DNA from: Acaryochloris thomasi RCC1774
GTDB taxonomy: Bacteria; Cyanobacteriota; Cyanobacteriia; Thermosynechococcales; Thermosynechococcaceae
Direction: 5' to 3'
Length of the DNA stretch: 32,000 bases
Assembly (NCBI RefSeq): GCF_003231495.1
Contig: NZ_PQWO01000001.1
Span: 90,001-122,000, forward strand
Part shown: one piece after another, positions 1-9,166 of the stretch
How the letters are laid out: each line of letters starts with the position of its first letter
How positions within the stretch are numbered: the first letter of the stretch is position 1
Program-made: the position numbers and the translations under genes
The notes under the pieces: model-generated
Told to the model about the DNA's origin: nothing
What the model saw: the letters and a program-made list of their open reading frames with translations, nothing else
The model's database searches: none

Positions 1-831
1 CCTTGAAGCAGGCTCTAGACCCCTGAAAGGAGGCCAAAAACAATGGCCCCCAGCATTGATACATACCAATGGTGAGAGCCAATCGTGTTGGGTCGAGGCA
101 AGATTCTCAGTCAGAATCCTGAACTCTATATCAAGACTAGTTTTGTGGTGTCGCTCCACCAGCACAATAACGGAGCTAAAGCGAAGAGTCCACCAGGGAA
201 GTACCAGCGAATGCCTCAGTCATCCGATCAGCCCCATGCCGATCAACCAGTAACGACTCATCATGCGCATTATTTATTGATGAGGATGATTATGCCGAGC
301 ACAGTCTCGACTCCAGCACCGATCGAGGAACTGAATACGATGCTGCCGCCAGAATTGACTGGGGTGTAGCTGAAGCTGAACATCAGGGTGAAAGAGTGGC
401 TGGTTAAGGTACTGCCACATAGGAAATCGGTTCGAGTTAGTCTGGCTTAGCATGATGATCTTGAAACGTGATGGAGTTAGTAAGGTCTAAATCTGTCTCT
501 AAGATCAGAGTACCCAAGTCTCCTTTTCTTCTTTAAAGGGGCAAGGATGCAATTTGTATTATTTTTTACCGTTTGTCATTTTCTGCCATCGCCTAATCCC
601 AGAATCGATCGACATTTGTCAAAATCAGAGCTGATCCCAGACCCGCCATCTTTTATAGATTCCTGCACGAAAAGGTCAAGATGCTCGCTAGAATCAAAGT
701 TAATAATCTGTTAACGATTCATCCCCCATTGCTCTAATGCATCTGTAACTGGACAATAGGGTGGCTGGATTCATAGACGCTCATCTGTCTTTGTCACCCT
801 TGGCCTTGCTATAGAGGAATTCACAAGTCCC

Positions 832-1752
832 ATGTCCTTATTTGACTGGTTTGCAAATCGTCAAAAATCAAGTCCTGCACCACAGGCGCAACCCGAGCGA
901 GATATCGCTGACGGGCTATGGACGAAGTGTGAGTCCTGCAGCGCATTGACCTACACAAAAGACTTACAGACGAACCTCATGGTCTGTGTAGAATGCAATC
1001 ACCACATGCGTGTCTTCAGCGATGAGCGTATTCATCAGCTGATTGATGACGGAACTTGGTCAGCAATGGATGAAGATTTAATCGCCTGCGATCCGCTCAA
1101 GTTCAAAGACCGCAAGGCTTACTGCGAGAGGCTGCAGGACTATCAAGAGAAAACCGGACTGCGGGATGCAGTGCAGACCGGCTTGGGACTGATGGAAGGC
1201 CTACCCGTAGCATTGGGGGTCATGGACTTCCGGTTCATGGGAGGGAGTATGGGATCGGTTGTGGGTGAAAAGTTAACGCGACTCATTGAACAAGCCACTC
1301 AGGACCGTCGCCCGATCATCATTGTTTGCGCCTCAGGGGGAGCAAGAATGCAGGAGGGAATGTTGAGTTTGATGCAGATGGCAAAAACCTCAGCCGCACT
1401 AGAGCGACATCGAGCCCATCACTTTCTTTATATCCCCGTTTTGACCCATCCTACGACGGGTGGAGTGACGGCTAGCTTTGCCATGCTGGGGGATATGATT
1501 CTAGCTGAGCCTAAGGCGACGATTGGTTTTGCCGGACGCAGAGTGGTGGAGCAAACGCTGCGAGAGAAGCTACCCGATGACTTCCAGACCGCTGAATATT
1601 TGCTGGATCACGGCTTTGTTGATGCCATTGTACAGCGCCCACAACTGAAGGCCACGCTAGCGCGATTGATTCGAATTCACCAGCCTTTACCCAAGGTTTC
1701 AGATATGCCTAAGGGGCAGATGAATCCTGCTGCAGAGCATATTGGACGCTAA
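832..1752 (+). CDS. accD: acetyl-CoA carboxylase carboxyltransferase beta subunit
   Basis: 306-aa ORF. N-terminal Cys4 zinc finger (CESC...CVECNHH) followed by carboxyltransferase motifs [13 protein letters not shown] and [10 protein letters not shown], as is typical of AccD. Confidence 0.95.
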   Translation: MSLFDWFANRQKSSPAPQAQPERDIADGLWTKCESCSALTYTKDLQTNLMVCVECNHHMRVFSDERIHQLIDDGTWSAMDEDLIACDPLKFKDRKAYCERLQDYQEKTGLRDAVQTGLGLMEGLPVALGVMDFRFMGGSMGSVVGEKLTRLIEQATQDRRPIIIVCASGGARMQEGMLSLMQMAKTSAALERHRAHHFLYIPVLTHPTTGGVTASFAMLGDMILAEPKATIGFAGRRVVEQTLREKLPDDFQTAEYLLDHGFVDAIVQRPQLKATLARLIRIHQPLPKVSDMPKGQMNPAAEHIGR

Positions 1753-2047
1753 TTTTGAATATTGCCAATATCACCATTCCAAACTATATCAAGCGCAGAT
1801 TTGGGAAAGGGACCTCTCAATGGCATGATATTAGCAGAATCAATCAAGCTCATAATCATGGGGTTTGCAGACCTATCGATTACATAAATAGCGACAGATT
1901 ACCCTTGCTCTGAAGAGGAGGTTGTGAGTCTGTGATCGCTTAATGTTGAGGATTTGTTTGCGTCCATGGGAGCTGCTCACTTGAGATGTATTGATTGATC
2001 TGTGTTGATGAGAGCCTGATTAAAGAAGCAAAATTGAAAGGAGAACT

Positions 2048-2539
2048 ATGCTGAAAAGATACATGTTGCTGGCGGTGGCTACAGTCTTCTTGGCGTTCCA
2101 ATTGTTGACGGGTAGTGCAAATGCTGTAGAAATTACCGAAGCCGTTCGGACAGTCTCTGCAGATGCCAGCGGGGCTACAGTGACCGCGAGCCTAGATGAC
2201 CTGGCTAACGGTGAGCGCAAATTCAACTTTGCCTGCTCAATCTGCCATACCGGTGGCGACACAAAAACAAATCCAACCCTCAATCTGTCAACAGGGTCAT
2301 TAGAAGGTGCAAACCCTTCTCGCAATAATGTGGCTGCGTTAGTCGACTACATGAATAATCCAACCACGTATGACGGTTTAGAAGAGATTGCTGAACTGCA
2401 TCCCAGCACTCAGAGTGCAGATGTATTCCCTGCAATGCGAAATCTAAATGACGAAGATTTAGTCGATGTAGCTCAGTACATCTTGGTACAGCCCAATATT
2501 AAAGGCGAATCATGGGGCGGCGGTAAATCCACTCGCTAA
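2048..2539 (+). CDS. psbV: photosystem II cytochrome c-550 (PsbV)
   Basis: 163-aa ORF with aaaggag upstream of the ATG. Signal peptide ends in SANA, there is a single haem c motif CSICH, and the tail ...HPS..SADVFP.MRNL...ILVQP...WGGGK is characteristic of PsbV. Confidence 0.93.
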   Translation: MLKRYMLLAVATVFLAFQLLTGSANAVEITEAVRTVSADASGATVTASLDDLANGERKFNFACSICHTGGDTKTNPTLNLSTGSLEGANPSRNNVAALVDYMNNPTTYDGLEEIAELHPSTQSADVFPAMRNLNDEDLVDVAQYILVQPNIKGESWGGGKSTR

Positions 2540-2552
2540 TCCTTTAGACCTG

Positions 2553-2803
2553 ATGATGTTGAACATTGAATCCACTACTCATCACCTGGCTCGTTTGCTG
2601 CTGGTCCTTTGGGTCTATTCCCAATAGGCCAGCCAGCTCAAGCCGCCACCATCAATCTCTAAATTCGCCGTTATCTTAAGGCGACTGAAGCGGTTCCTGT
2701 AAAGGTGAATGCAGAGGGCCATACTCAATTGTTCAACCCTCAGCAGTGCAGCGATCTTAAGTTTTGGGTGCCGAGAGATGCCAGGAAGTTGGCTATCGGA
2801 TAA
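2553..2803 (+). pseudogene. decayed psbV-paralog (psbV2-like) remnant
   Basis: ATG at 2553 encodes a hydrophobic leader (MMLNIESTTHHLARLLLVLWVYSQ) that ends at TAG 2625. After a frame change the sequence reads QPAQAATINL*IRRYLKATEAVPVKVNAEGHTQLFNPQQ (TAA at 2660). This aligns with the mature N-terminus of the adjacent PsbV (VEITEAVRTVSADASGATVTASLDDL). No CxxCH is recoverable downstream. The position between psbV and petJ is where psbV2 lies in some cyanobacteria. Confidence 0.4.
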
Positions 2804-3054
2804 AATAAGCTATCTGCCTTGGTCCTCAGGGCGTCGGAGACGACGCCGGGTTGGGGCGCTCAAGATTTTTGAATCTATTAGGTCTAAACATCTTTTGCGT
2901 GTAAGGGGCGTCGCGCATCCTAAAATACTGACGTGGGTATATGCTGGCTCACGATCTGAGCTGAGGCTTTGCCAAGGCTGGTCTTTACAATAAAATTTCT
3001 GTGAAACATCAGAGTTTTCACAGTCTGACATTATCTCAAGAGAGGAGAATCATT

Positions 3055-3393
3055 TTGAAAAAGCTACTATCTATTGCCCTAATGGCAATGGCACTTGTAA
3101 CTGTTACTTTTGCAAGTCCTGCAATGGCGGCTGATGCTGGTGCCGGTGCTGGCGTCTTCAACGCAAATTGTGCTGTTTGCCATATGGGTGGCAACAATAC
3201 GATTAACCCTGCGAAAACCTTAAAGCAGGATGACCTTTCTGCTAATGGCAAAGATACAGCAGATGCGATCGCAACTCAGGTCACCAACGGTAATGGCGCA
3301 ATGCCTGCTTTTGGTAGCACTTTATCTGCTTCAGATATTGAGAACGTTGCAGCCTATGTTTTGGACCAAGCTGCAGCAGGTTGGGCTGGCTAA
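3055..3393 (+). CDS. petJ: cytochrome c6
   Basis: Signal peptide ...ASPAMA|ADAGAG, haem motif CAVCH, then ...NGNGAMPAF...[12 protein letters not shown], typical of cytochrome c6. I prefer the TTG at 3055 as start because it is preceded by agaggag at 3041-3047. The ORF track begins at GTG 3001, and ATG 3082 is another option. Confidence 0.9.
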   Translation: MKKLLSIALMAMALVTVTFASPAMAADAGAGAGVFNANCAVCHMGGNNTINPAKTLKQDDLSANGKDTADAIATQVTNGNGAMPAFGSTLSASDIENVAAYVLDQAAAGWAG

Positions 3394-3436
3394 GCTGAAA
3401 TAAATCGAAGATTCAGCACTCGCTGAAGGTTATAGG

Positions 3437-3466
3437 CCGGCTTCTCAAGTAGAGGAGCCGGTTTTG
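3437..3466 (+). terminator. rho-independent terminator candidate downstream of petJ
   Basis: 10-bp stem ccggcttctc / gaggagccgg (one G-U pair), 5-nt loop aagta, followed by tttt at 3462-3465. Confidence 0.6.
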
Positions 3467-3487
3467 TTATCAGAGAGGCGATGATTA

Positions 3488-3946
3488 ATGATCATTGATC
3501 CGCATCAAGTAACCGTAGAAACAGGCTCTAGTTATCCTGAGATATTTGAGTCTGCTGTAGCTGGGCGAATCAAGCAGCGGTTGGGTAATGCTGCAGGTTT
3601 GAAAAATTTTGGTGTTAACCTAACGCGGTTGGCGCCGGGTAGCCGTTCAGCGCTACGCCATTGGCATAGTCATCAAGATGAGTTCATCTACGTGCTTCAG
3701 GGAGCGATAACCTTGGTCACTGGCGAAGGCGAACAAGTCTTAAGAGCAGGGATGGCGGCGGGGTTCCCAGCGGGCACTGAAGATGGTCACCATCTAATCA
3801 ACCGCTCTGATACTGACGTTGCATATCTCGAGGTGGGAGATCGCACGGCACAAGATCGCGTAAGCTACCCTGATAACGATCTGGTTGCCGTTCAAACAGA
3901 GTTGGGCTGGAAGTTTAGCCATCGAGATGGGGCGCCTTATCTTTAG
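3488..3946 (+). CDS. cupin domain protein
   Basis: 152-aa ORF with a cupin barrel signature: HWHSHQDEFIYVLQG...G...L.AG..AGFPAG...GHHLIN. Confidence 0.8.
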   Translation: MIIDPHQVTVETGSSYPEIFESAVAGRIKQRLGNAAGLKNFGVNLTRLAPGSRSALRHWHSHQDEFIYVLQGAITLVTGEGEQVLRAGMAAGFPAGTEDGHHLINRSDTDVAYLEVGDRTAQDRVSYPDNDLVAVQTELGWKFSHRDGAPYL

Positions 3947-4242
3947 AGCATCTGTTCCTCTAGACGAGGAACAGCGCTGGAAGACGCGCTACTGGGACAA
4001 ATACACGATTTAAGCAAGAGCGTATAGGAAAGTTTGCAAAATCTCCGTAATTTCTCGGTTAACCACGGTTTAGTTATCTTTTACGATGTATTTATTGGGC
4101 TGTCATACCCCCCGCATATAGCCCAGCTGAGTCCCCGAAATGGCAACTTGTTCCGAAAGGACAAGGCGCAAACTGGCAGACCTAAAAACCATCTTAGGGG
4201 TATGGATGCTGTTGGTTCCGAAGGGACTTTACATAATCAAAG

Positions 4243-4277
4243 CCCAAGCCCCTGCCCTTCTGGGTGGGGGTTTTGGG
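4243..4277. terminator. possible bidirectional hairpin between the convergent cupin and hydrolase genes
   Basis: cccaagcccc ... gggggttttggg can pair (about 10 bp with one bulge), with an inner ccc/ggg pairing. It lies 16 nt downstream of the minus-strand stop at 4293. The U-tract is weak. Confidence 0.3.
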
Positions 4278-4292
4278 TTGGAATCGGTCAGT

Positions 4293-5381
4293 TTAAGATA
4301 TTTTGGCAGCTCTAACATCTATCACTTGTGAATCCAAGACAGGGAATTTTTGCCACCATTCAAGGATGCGGTTCCAGGCCCACCACTGGTCGCGGTCTCC
4401 GCTGTCGCGCTGTCCTGCTTCGCTATTCCAATAGCCGACATGTCCTCCATGATCAGTTAATACCAGCTCTAAGGCTGGGTTTTCGGTACTAAGGTGCTGC
4501 AATTCGGAAACGAGCGTCGGGTCAAACATAGGGTCATCCGCCGCATAGACGATCAGCGTTGGCTTCTTTAATTTCGGCAGTAGATAGAGCGGGCTGGTTG
4601 CAGCATAGTAATCTTCAACGGAATCGAAGCCTAGACGGCCAATGACGATCTCATTATCAAACCCCCAAATGCTGTTGGCGCGCTCAATTGCAGCGGGATC
4701 GATCGCCTCGGGATGGGTGGCATGAATTTGCCATAGCAGTTGCTTTAACGATTTTGCGATCGCACCTTCTAAATATTTACCTAGCGGTGCATTCACCAGA
4801 TAGGATAATGAGCGATTTGATTCCAAGCTGGGGCAAATCACTGCGCCACCCGCCATTTCAGATTCCTGGATATTTAGTTCTGGCCCCCAGTCAGCCACGG
4901 TCTCGGCGGCGTTCACGGCCCACAGCGCCAACTGCCCGCCGAGTGAGTACCCTGTGAACCAGAAGGGCGCGGGACAGCCCATCGCTTTTGCCTGCGCCGC
5001 AATATGGACAAAGTCTTTGCCTTCAAAAATCCCGTCAGAGGTTAAGGCGGGCGAGAGTTCAGCCGTTTTGCCGTGGGCACGCCAGTCAAAGAGAACCACG
5101 GCATAACCGTCGGCATAGGCTTTGCGGCCCAGCAACCTCAAGTACCACTGATTGTCGAGCGTGCCGGTGATGCCGTAGGTGCCCACGATCGTTCCCTTGG
5201 CGTTTTCGGGAATGGCCATAATGCCAAAGATGGGGGTATCTTCAGCGCCAGTAAACACATGCTCTTGATAGGGTGGCTCAGGGGCAGCGATGGTGGCCTT
5301 CCAATTGCGATTTGCCCACAGCGCAATATACAGGGTCATGGTTAGACCATTTCTGAGCAGCAGAGGCGGAGTATACATCAT
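4293..5381 (-). CDS. alpha/beta hydrolase (YheT/COG0429-like)
   Basis: 362-aa ORF with nucleophile elbow GYSLGG and C-terminal DHGGHVGY. The start ATG overlaps the queG stop by 1 nt (TAATG). Confidence 0.8.
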   Translation of the reverse strand: MMYTPPLLLRNGLTMTLYIALWANRNWKATIAAPEPPYQEHVFTGAEDTPIFGIMAIPENAKGTIVGTYGITGTLDNQWYLRLLGRKAYADGYAVVLFDWRAHGKTAELSPALTSDGIFEGKDFVHIAAQAKAMGCPAPFWFTGYSLGGQLALWAVNAAETVADWGPELNIQESEMAGGAVICPSLESNRSLSYLVNAPLGKYLEGAIAKSLKQLLWQIHATHPEAIDPAAIERANSIWGFDNEIVIGRLGFDSVEDYYAATSPLYLLPKLKKPTLIVYAADDPMFDPTLVSELQHLSTENPALELVLTDHGGHVGYWNSEAGQRDSGDRDQWWAWNRILEWWQKFPVLDSQVIDVRAAKIS

Positions 5382-6310
5382 TATTTTTGTACAGGGTTGT
5401 CTAAACTGGCCTGGGCATTGCGCTGTAGCATTTTGCGCGTGATGCGACGGAGGGCTGAAGCAGGGAACTTGCGATCGCGTTCTTCCTCCGACACCGTTGC
5501 TAGCTCGGCCAGAGTTGGCCCCACATTCCAGGGATAGGGTTGAAAGTCAGGGATATCTGTTTCTTTGGCAAACCGCTGATTCCAGGGACAAACATCTTGG
5601 CAAATATCACACCCTGCCACCCAGCCCTGCAGATTGTCAGCCACCTCTTGGGGGAGCGTCTCCGAACGATTTTCAATTGTGTGGTAGGCAATACAGCGAT
5701 TGGCATCCACCACAAAGGGTTCCGTAATGGCTTGGGTAGGGCAGGCCTCTAGGCAGCGGGTGCAGGTACCGCAATGCTGAGTATGGGGCGTATCGGGTTC
5801 TAGCTCAAGGTTCGTGAGAATTTCCCCCAGAAAAATCCAGGAGCCATAGTCGCGGCTAATCAAGTTACTATGCTTGCCAATCCAGCCCAGACCTGCGCGT
5901 TCAGCCCAAACCTTATCTTGCACCGGGCCAGTATCGACGTAGTAACGCGTGCGGATGCCTTCACCTTGCGATTCTAACCATGCAGAAAAAGCCTTAAGGC
6001 GCTTCGTTAAGACTCGATGGTAGTCTCGCCCCCAGCCATACCGAGAGATCTTGGCGTATTGCTTTCCTTGTGGACGCTCTTGAGACGCGTAGTAATTCAA
6101 GGCAACGGAAATCACCGAACGCACACCCGGCATCACCTGCTCAATATCCTGCCGTCTCGGATCCTGCATCCAGGCCATTTCTGCTTGGTAGCCCTGCGCT
6201 AACCAGGACTGGAGAGTAGCCGTGTCGCGGGGCTGAACGGCAGAAATCCCGACCTTATGAAAGCCAATATCTAAGGCCTGTTGCTTTACCAGATCAGGGC
6301 AAAAATCCAT
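5381..6310 (-). CDS. queG: epoxyqueuosine reductase
   Basis: 309-aa ORF with two ferredoxin-type clusters ([23 protein letters not shown]) and the CIAYHTIE motif typical of QueG. Confidence 0.93.
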   Translation of the reverse strand: MDFCPDLVKQQALDIGFHKVGISAVQPRDTATLQSWLAQGYQAEMAWMQDPRRQDIEQVMPGVRSVISVALNYYASQERPQGKQYAKISRYGWGRDYHRVLTKRLKAFSAWLESQGEGIRTRYYVDTGPVQDKVWAERAGLGWIGKHSNLISRDYGSWIFLGEILTNLELEPDTPHTQHCGTCTRCLEACPTQAITEPFVVDANRCIAYHTIENRSETLPQEVADNLQGWVAGCDICQDVCPWNQRFAKETDIPDFQPYPWNVGPTLAELATVSEEERDRKFPASALRRITRKMLQRNAQASLDNPVQK

Positions 6311-6314
6311 TTCG

Positions 6315-7205
6315 TTAAAGCTGGGAGAGCCAATCGATGATTAACGGGTTCACCACTTCGGGGCGTTCATCGTGGGGGCAGTGGCCGGTGTTTGGAATCG
6401 TTTTGAACGTAACCTGAGTCTCCGCCTCTTCGCTGAGCAGGCGATAGATATCGGCGGTCGGCAGTGCCGCCCAAGGGTCGTTCTCACCCCAAAGCACCAG
6501 CAGCGGTTTCTCGATGCTGGGCAACAGCTCAGAAGGTCTTGGACCTGCCGGAGCCGTCATGATTGAGGCAAAGGCTTCCTGGGCACCCGGTGTGGCAGCA
6601 GCGGCATGGATCATATCCACCAGCTCATCGGTGATCGCTTCAGGGTTGCGGTAAACCTGAGAGAGAGAACCGCGAATGCGTTGCTTGGTTCGTACGCGAT
6701 TGAAAAGGGATGGCCCCAGACGCTTCGAGGCAATCAGGGTATTGATGCCCCCCATTAAAATGCGCCGGACAACGTTCTGCTCGTCATCGCGCATATTCAT
6801 ATTCAAGCCCCCGGCAGAATTGAGGAGAACGCCGCCAGCGCTAATGTCAGGGTGATGTGCCAGCATCATCAAAGTAATCAGCCCCCCCATTGAGTTACCA
6901 ATGAAGATGGCTGGCTCTTGAATAAACGCTGACCAGAAGTCCTGCAGCAGCTCTTGCCATATCTCTAGTCTGTAGTCGAGCTTTGGCTTATCCGAGGCTC
7001 CGAAACCGAGTAAGTCGAGGGCAAAGACACGGTAGCCCGCCGCTGCCAATACCGGAATATTTTTGCGCCAGTGACCAATGCAGGCACCGAAGCCGTGAAC
7101 CAACACGAGGGGCTGACCAGTTCCCTGAACTGCGTAGTGGATCTGGTGGCCCTGCCAGGTCCAGGTTTGGGTTGAGATCGCAGGTGCGGCAAGTTGAGCA
7201 GTCAT
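6315..7205 (-). CDS. alpha/beta fold hydrolase
   Basis: HGFGA oxyanion motif, GNSMGG nucleophile elbow and C-terminal GHCPHDE. I prefer ATG 7205 (MTAQLAAP...) over the longer track start at 7262. The stop lies 4 nt upstream of the queG start. Confidence 0.85.
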   Translation of the reverse strand: MTAQLAAPAISTQTWTWQGHQIHYAVQGTGQPLVLVHGFGACIGHWRKNIPVLAAAGYRVFALDLLGFGASDKPKLDYRLEIWQELLQDFWSAFIQEPAIFIGNSMGGLITLMMLAHHPDISAGGVLLNSAGGLNMNMRDDEQNVVRRILMGGINTLIASKRLGPSLFNRVRTKQRIRGSLSQVYRNPEAITDELVDMIHAAAATPGAQEAFASIMTAPAGPRPSELLPSIEKPLLVLWGENDPWAALPTADIYRLLSEEAETQVTFKTIPNTGHCPHDERPEVVNPLIIDWLSQL

Positions 7206-7353
7206 GGAATTTTTAGAATGGATATTCTTAATCTTCCTTAATGATATAGGGGTTGTCCCCATCTCGCAGGATGAGGTGACCGCCTATCCTCGAGCCATAC
7301 CAAAGCTGAAGGCAATCGCGATTACACTTAGAGAAGGCAGTCGTGAGGAACAA

Positions 7354-7686
7354 ATGACCAACGAGGAATTTGAGAAGCAGATTGAGCAAATGCTGGCAAT
7401 TCAACGCCAATTGCAAGAGTCAGACTTGCGTAGAGCTGAGCGTTTAGACCGCGTGGACGAACAACTGACCCGCATTACAGAGCAGCAACTGCAGGCAGAT
7501 CGAAAGTTTGATCTCCTAACGGAACAACAAATGCAAACAGAACAAAAATTTGATCGCTTAATAGATGTGGTCAACCTACAGACTCAGCGACTCTCTGGAG
7601 TTATTGAAGTCTTGGGTCTGCAAAATGAGCAGGTGCAGGAGCTGTTTGGTCGAGTTGAGATGTTAGAACGTCGCAAAGAGTCTTAA
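7354..7686 (+). CDS. hypothetical coiled-coil protein
   Basis: ATG 7354 is preceded by gaggaa. The protein is Gln/Glu/Leu/Arg-rich with a heptad-like pattern and an internal duplication (TEQQLQADRKFDLL / TEQQMQTEQKFDRL). The upstream 50 codons of the track ORF overlap the hydrolase start and look non-coding. Confidence 0.5.
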   Translation: MTNEEFEKQIEQMLAIQRQLQESDLRRAERLDRVDEQLTRITEQQLQADRKFDLLTEQQMQTEQKFDRLIDVVNLQTQRLSGVIEVLGLQNEQVQELFGRVEMLERRKES

Positions 7687-7694
7687 TCAGAGCC

Positions 7695-8402
7695 TCAGTT
7701 TTTTACCTGGGTCGATCGATAGGGCAGCGGATCTTGGAGGCCCAACTTCGCAAAGGCGGCTAGCCGCAACTGACAAGAATCACACTCCCCACAGGCAATG
7801 GGAGGGGACTGTCCACCCCCATCGCTATAGCAGGACCAGGTTTTTTGCCACGGTACGCCGAGCTGATTTCCTAGCTCAATGATTTCAACTTTAGTTAGGT
7901 TTATGAGCGGCGACACGATTTCAATGGGCTGCCCTTCACGCCCTTGTTTCGTCCCCAGCCGGAAGACTTCACCCATTGCCTGAATATAGTCAGGGCGGCA
8001 GTCAGGATAACCAGAGTAATCGAGCTGATTAACACCAATGTGGACCTGCTGAGCTGAGATCGCTTCTGCATAGGCGAGGGCAAAGCTGAGAAAAATAGTA
8101 TTGCGAGCCGGAACGTAGGTAACAGGGATCTGCTCGGACATTTCATCTAAGGAACGATGGGCTGGCAAATCAATATTTTGATCCGTTAGGGCAGAACCGC
8201 CCCAAAGCCGCAGATCGAAGTTGATGATTTGGTGTTCGGTGGCGTTGGCTGCTTTTGCAGTTGCGATCGCACTTTCTAATTCCTGCCGATGTCGTTGCTG
8301 GTAGTCGAAGGAGAGCGTATAGCAATCCAGCCCCTCCGCTTTAGCACGGTAGAGAACAGTAGAGGAGTCGAGGCCCCCCGAGAGTAAGATAACTGCTTTC
8401 AT
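7695..8402 (-). CDS. queC: 7-cyano-7-deazaguanine synthase
   Basis: PP-loop SGGLDSST near the N-terminus and a C-terminal zinc motif CGECDSCQLR. I prefer ATG 8402 (MKAVILLSGG); the track start at 8411 is TTG. Confidence 0.93.
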   Translation of the reverse strand: MKAVILLSGGLDSSTVLYRAKAEGLDCYTLSFDYQQRHRQELESAIATAKAANATEHQIINFDLRLWGGSALTDQNIDLPAHRSLDEMSEQIPVTYVPARNTIFLSFALAYAEAISAQQVHIGVNQLDYSGYPDCRPDYIQAMGEVFRLGTKQGREGQPIEIVSPLINLTKVEIIELGNQLGVPWQKTWSCYSDGGGQSPPIACGECDSCQLRLAAFAKLGLQDPLPYRSTQVKN

Positions 8403-8442
8403 GGATATCAATCTTTCAGTAATTGCTGCACTAAAGAACTCG

Positions 8443-8475
8443 CCCCCCTTTCCAAAGGGGATTAAGGGGGGATCA
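8443..8475 (+). repeat. G6/C6 hairpin repeat, copy 1 (flanks the DUF559 stop)
   Basis: CCCCCCTTTCCAAAGGGGATTAAGGGGGGATCA. The terminal 14 nt, TTAAGGGGGGATCA (8462-8475), are the exact reverse complement of 8836-8849. Confidence 0.85.
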
Positions 8476-8836
8476 GCCCTTCAATTACCTCACAGACCTG
8501 TTCAAAGCCTTGCAAAATTTGCTGATTAGTAAATCTCAATAGTCTCAAGCCATAACCCTCCAAGACCTGAGTTCTGGCTTGGTCATACTCTTTCACTTTT
8601 TCAACAGAGTGATGTCCCCCGTCAATTTCGATGACTAACTTGAGGCTGGGACAGTAAAAATCAACGATGAAGTGATCGATGGGACGTTGTCTTAGAACTC
8701 TGAATTTGAAGTTTTTTAGATAGCCGTACCAGAGTTTTTTTTCCGCTGGGGTCATGTTTTTGCGGAGTTGTTTGGCTCTGGCGATTAGTTTGGGGTTGTA
8801 GGCGAGGTGGAAGTTGCTTTGATTGAGATTGGGCAT
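8462..8836 (-). CDS. DUF559 (Vsr-like) endonuclease domain protein
   Basis: 124-aa ORF with the DUF559 pattern ...LRQRPI..FIVDFYCP..KLVIEIDGGHH...D..R...L...G..LLRF.N. Both the start and the stop codon lie inside the flanking inverted repeat. Confidence 0.85.
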   Translation of the reverse strand: MPNLNQSNFHLAYNPKLIARAKQLRKNMTPAEKKLWYGYLKNFKFRVLRQRPIDHFIVDFYCPSLKLVIEIDGGHHSVEKVKEYDQARTQVLEGYGLRLLRFTNQQILQGFEQVCEVIEGLIPP

Positions 8837-8869
8837 GATCCCCCCTTAATCCCCCCTTAAGAAGGGGGG
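8836..8869 (-). repeat. G6/C6 hairpin repeat, copy 2 (flanks the DUF559 start, inverted)
   Basis: TGATCCCCCCTTAATCCCCCCTTAAGAAGGGGGG. It contains a perfect 8-bp stem, 3-nt loop hairpin (cccccctt aag aagggggg). Its reverse complement aligns with copies 1 and 3 over about 33 nt. Confidence 0.85.
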
Positions 8870-9096
8870 TGGCTGTTGATGCTTTACATTAGGTGTTTGG
8901 GGACTGTTTACTGTGATGCTTGGGGCCAGTTGTAGGTTGAATATAGCAATACGCGGCTGAGTTAGGGCAGACCTTCTTTAGCAGACATGGTGTTCAAACA
9001 TTTTGATGTCCTAATCAATACGTATACCGCTATATTTGATGGTTCATAGCTGGTATCTAGCTTTTGTTCTAACAATAAAATATCAGCAAGAATTCT

Positions 9097-9129
9097 CCCC
9101 CCTTTTTCAAGGGGGGCTGGGGGGGATCA
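9097..9129 (+). repeat. G6/C6 hairpin repeat, copy 3 (solo)
   Basis: CCCCCCTTTTTCAAGGGGGGCTGGGGGGGATCA, in the same orientation as copy 1. It is separated from copy 2 by about 227 bp of AT-rich sequence without an ORF. Confidence 0.8.
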
Positions 9130-9166
9130 TCGCCAGCATCATACGAGAAACACTGCAGGCTATTGG

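Noticed and set aside
56-369. Two overlapping plus-strand ORFs (56-253, 85-369) at the window start.
   Set aside because: They overlap each other in different frames and have no recognisable motif, with His/Pro/Ser-rich composition typical of random ORFs. The minus strand here shows only short hydrophobic ORF fragments in three frames. That could be a decayed membrane-protein gene, but I cannot support any call.
421-470. GGTTCGAG T-loop-like motif, suggesting a tRNA.
   Set aside because: The flanking bases cannot form a T-stem (atcgg / tagtc do not pair). No acceptor stem or D-arm can be drawn.
2020-2325. Minus-strand ORF antisense to psbV.
   Set aside because: It is completely embedded in the confidently identified psbV gene and is a shadow ORF.
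2709-3031. ORFs 2709-2993 (+, contains RRRRRR) and 2810-3031 (-).
   Set aside because: They lie in the decayed psbV2-like spacer, have no motifs and an implausible composition. They are best explained as chance ORFs in a degraded gene.
4034-4331. Plus-strand ORFs 4034-4315 and 4140-4331 between the cupin and hydrolase genes. A 13-nt near-repeat GTTCCGAA(A/G)GGAC also occurs at 4150 and 4215.
   Set aside because: The ORFs overlap each other and the hydrolase 3' end, and have no family features. The short repeat is a single pair with one mismatch, which is too little to interpret.
8403-8461. Possible preQ1 riboswitch upstream of queC.
   Set aside because: The leader consists of the G6/C6 repeat copy 1 and lacks the preQ1-I hairpin plus A-rich tail consensus.
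8443-9129. Three similar G/C-rich repeats considered as a mini CRISPR array.
   Set aside because: There are only three copies, in mixed orientation, with unequal intervals (about 360 and 227 bp). One interval is a protein-coding gene, and no cas genes are present.
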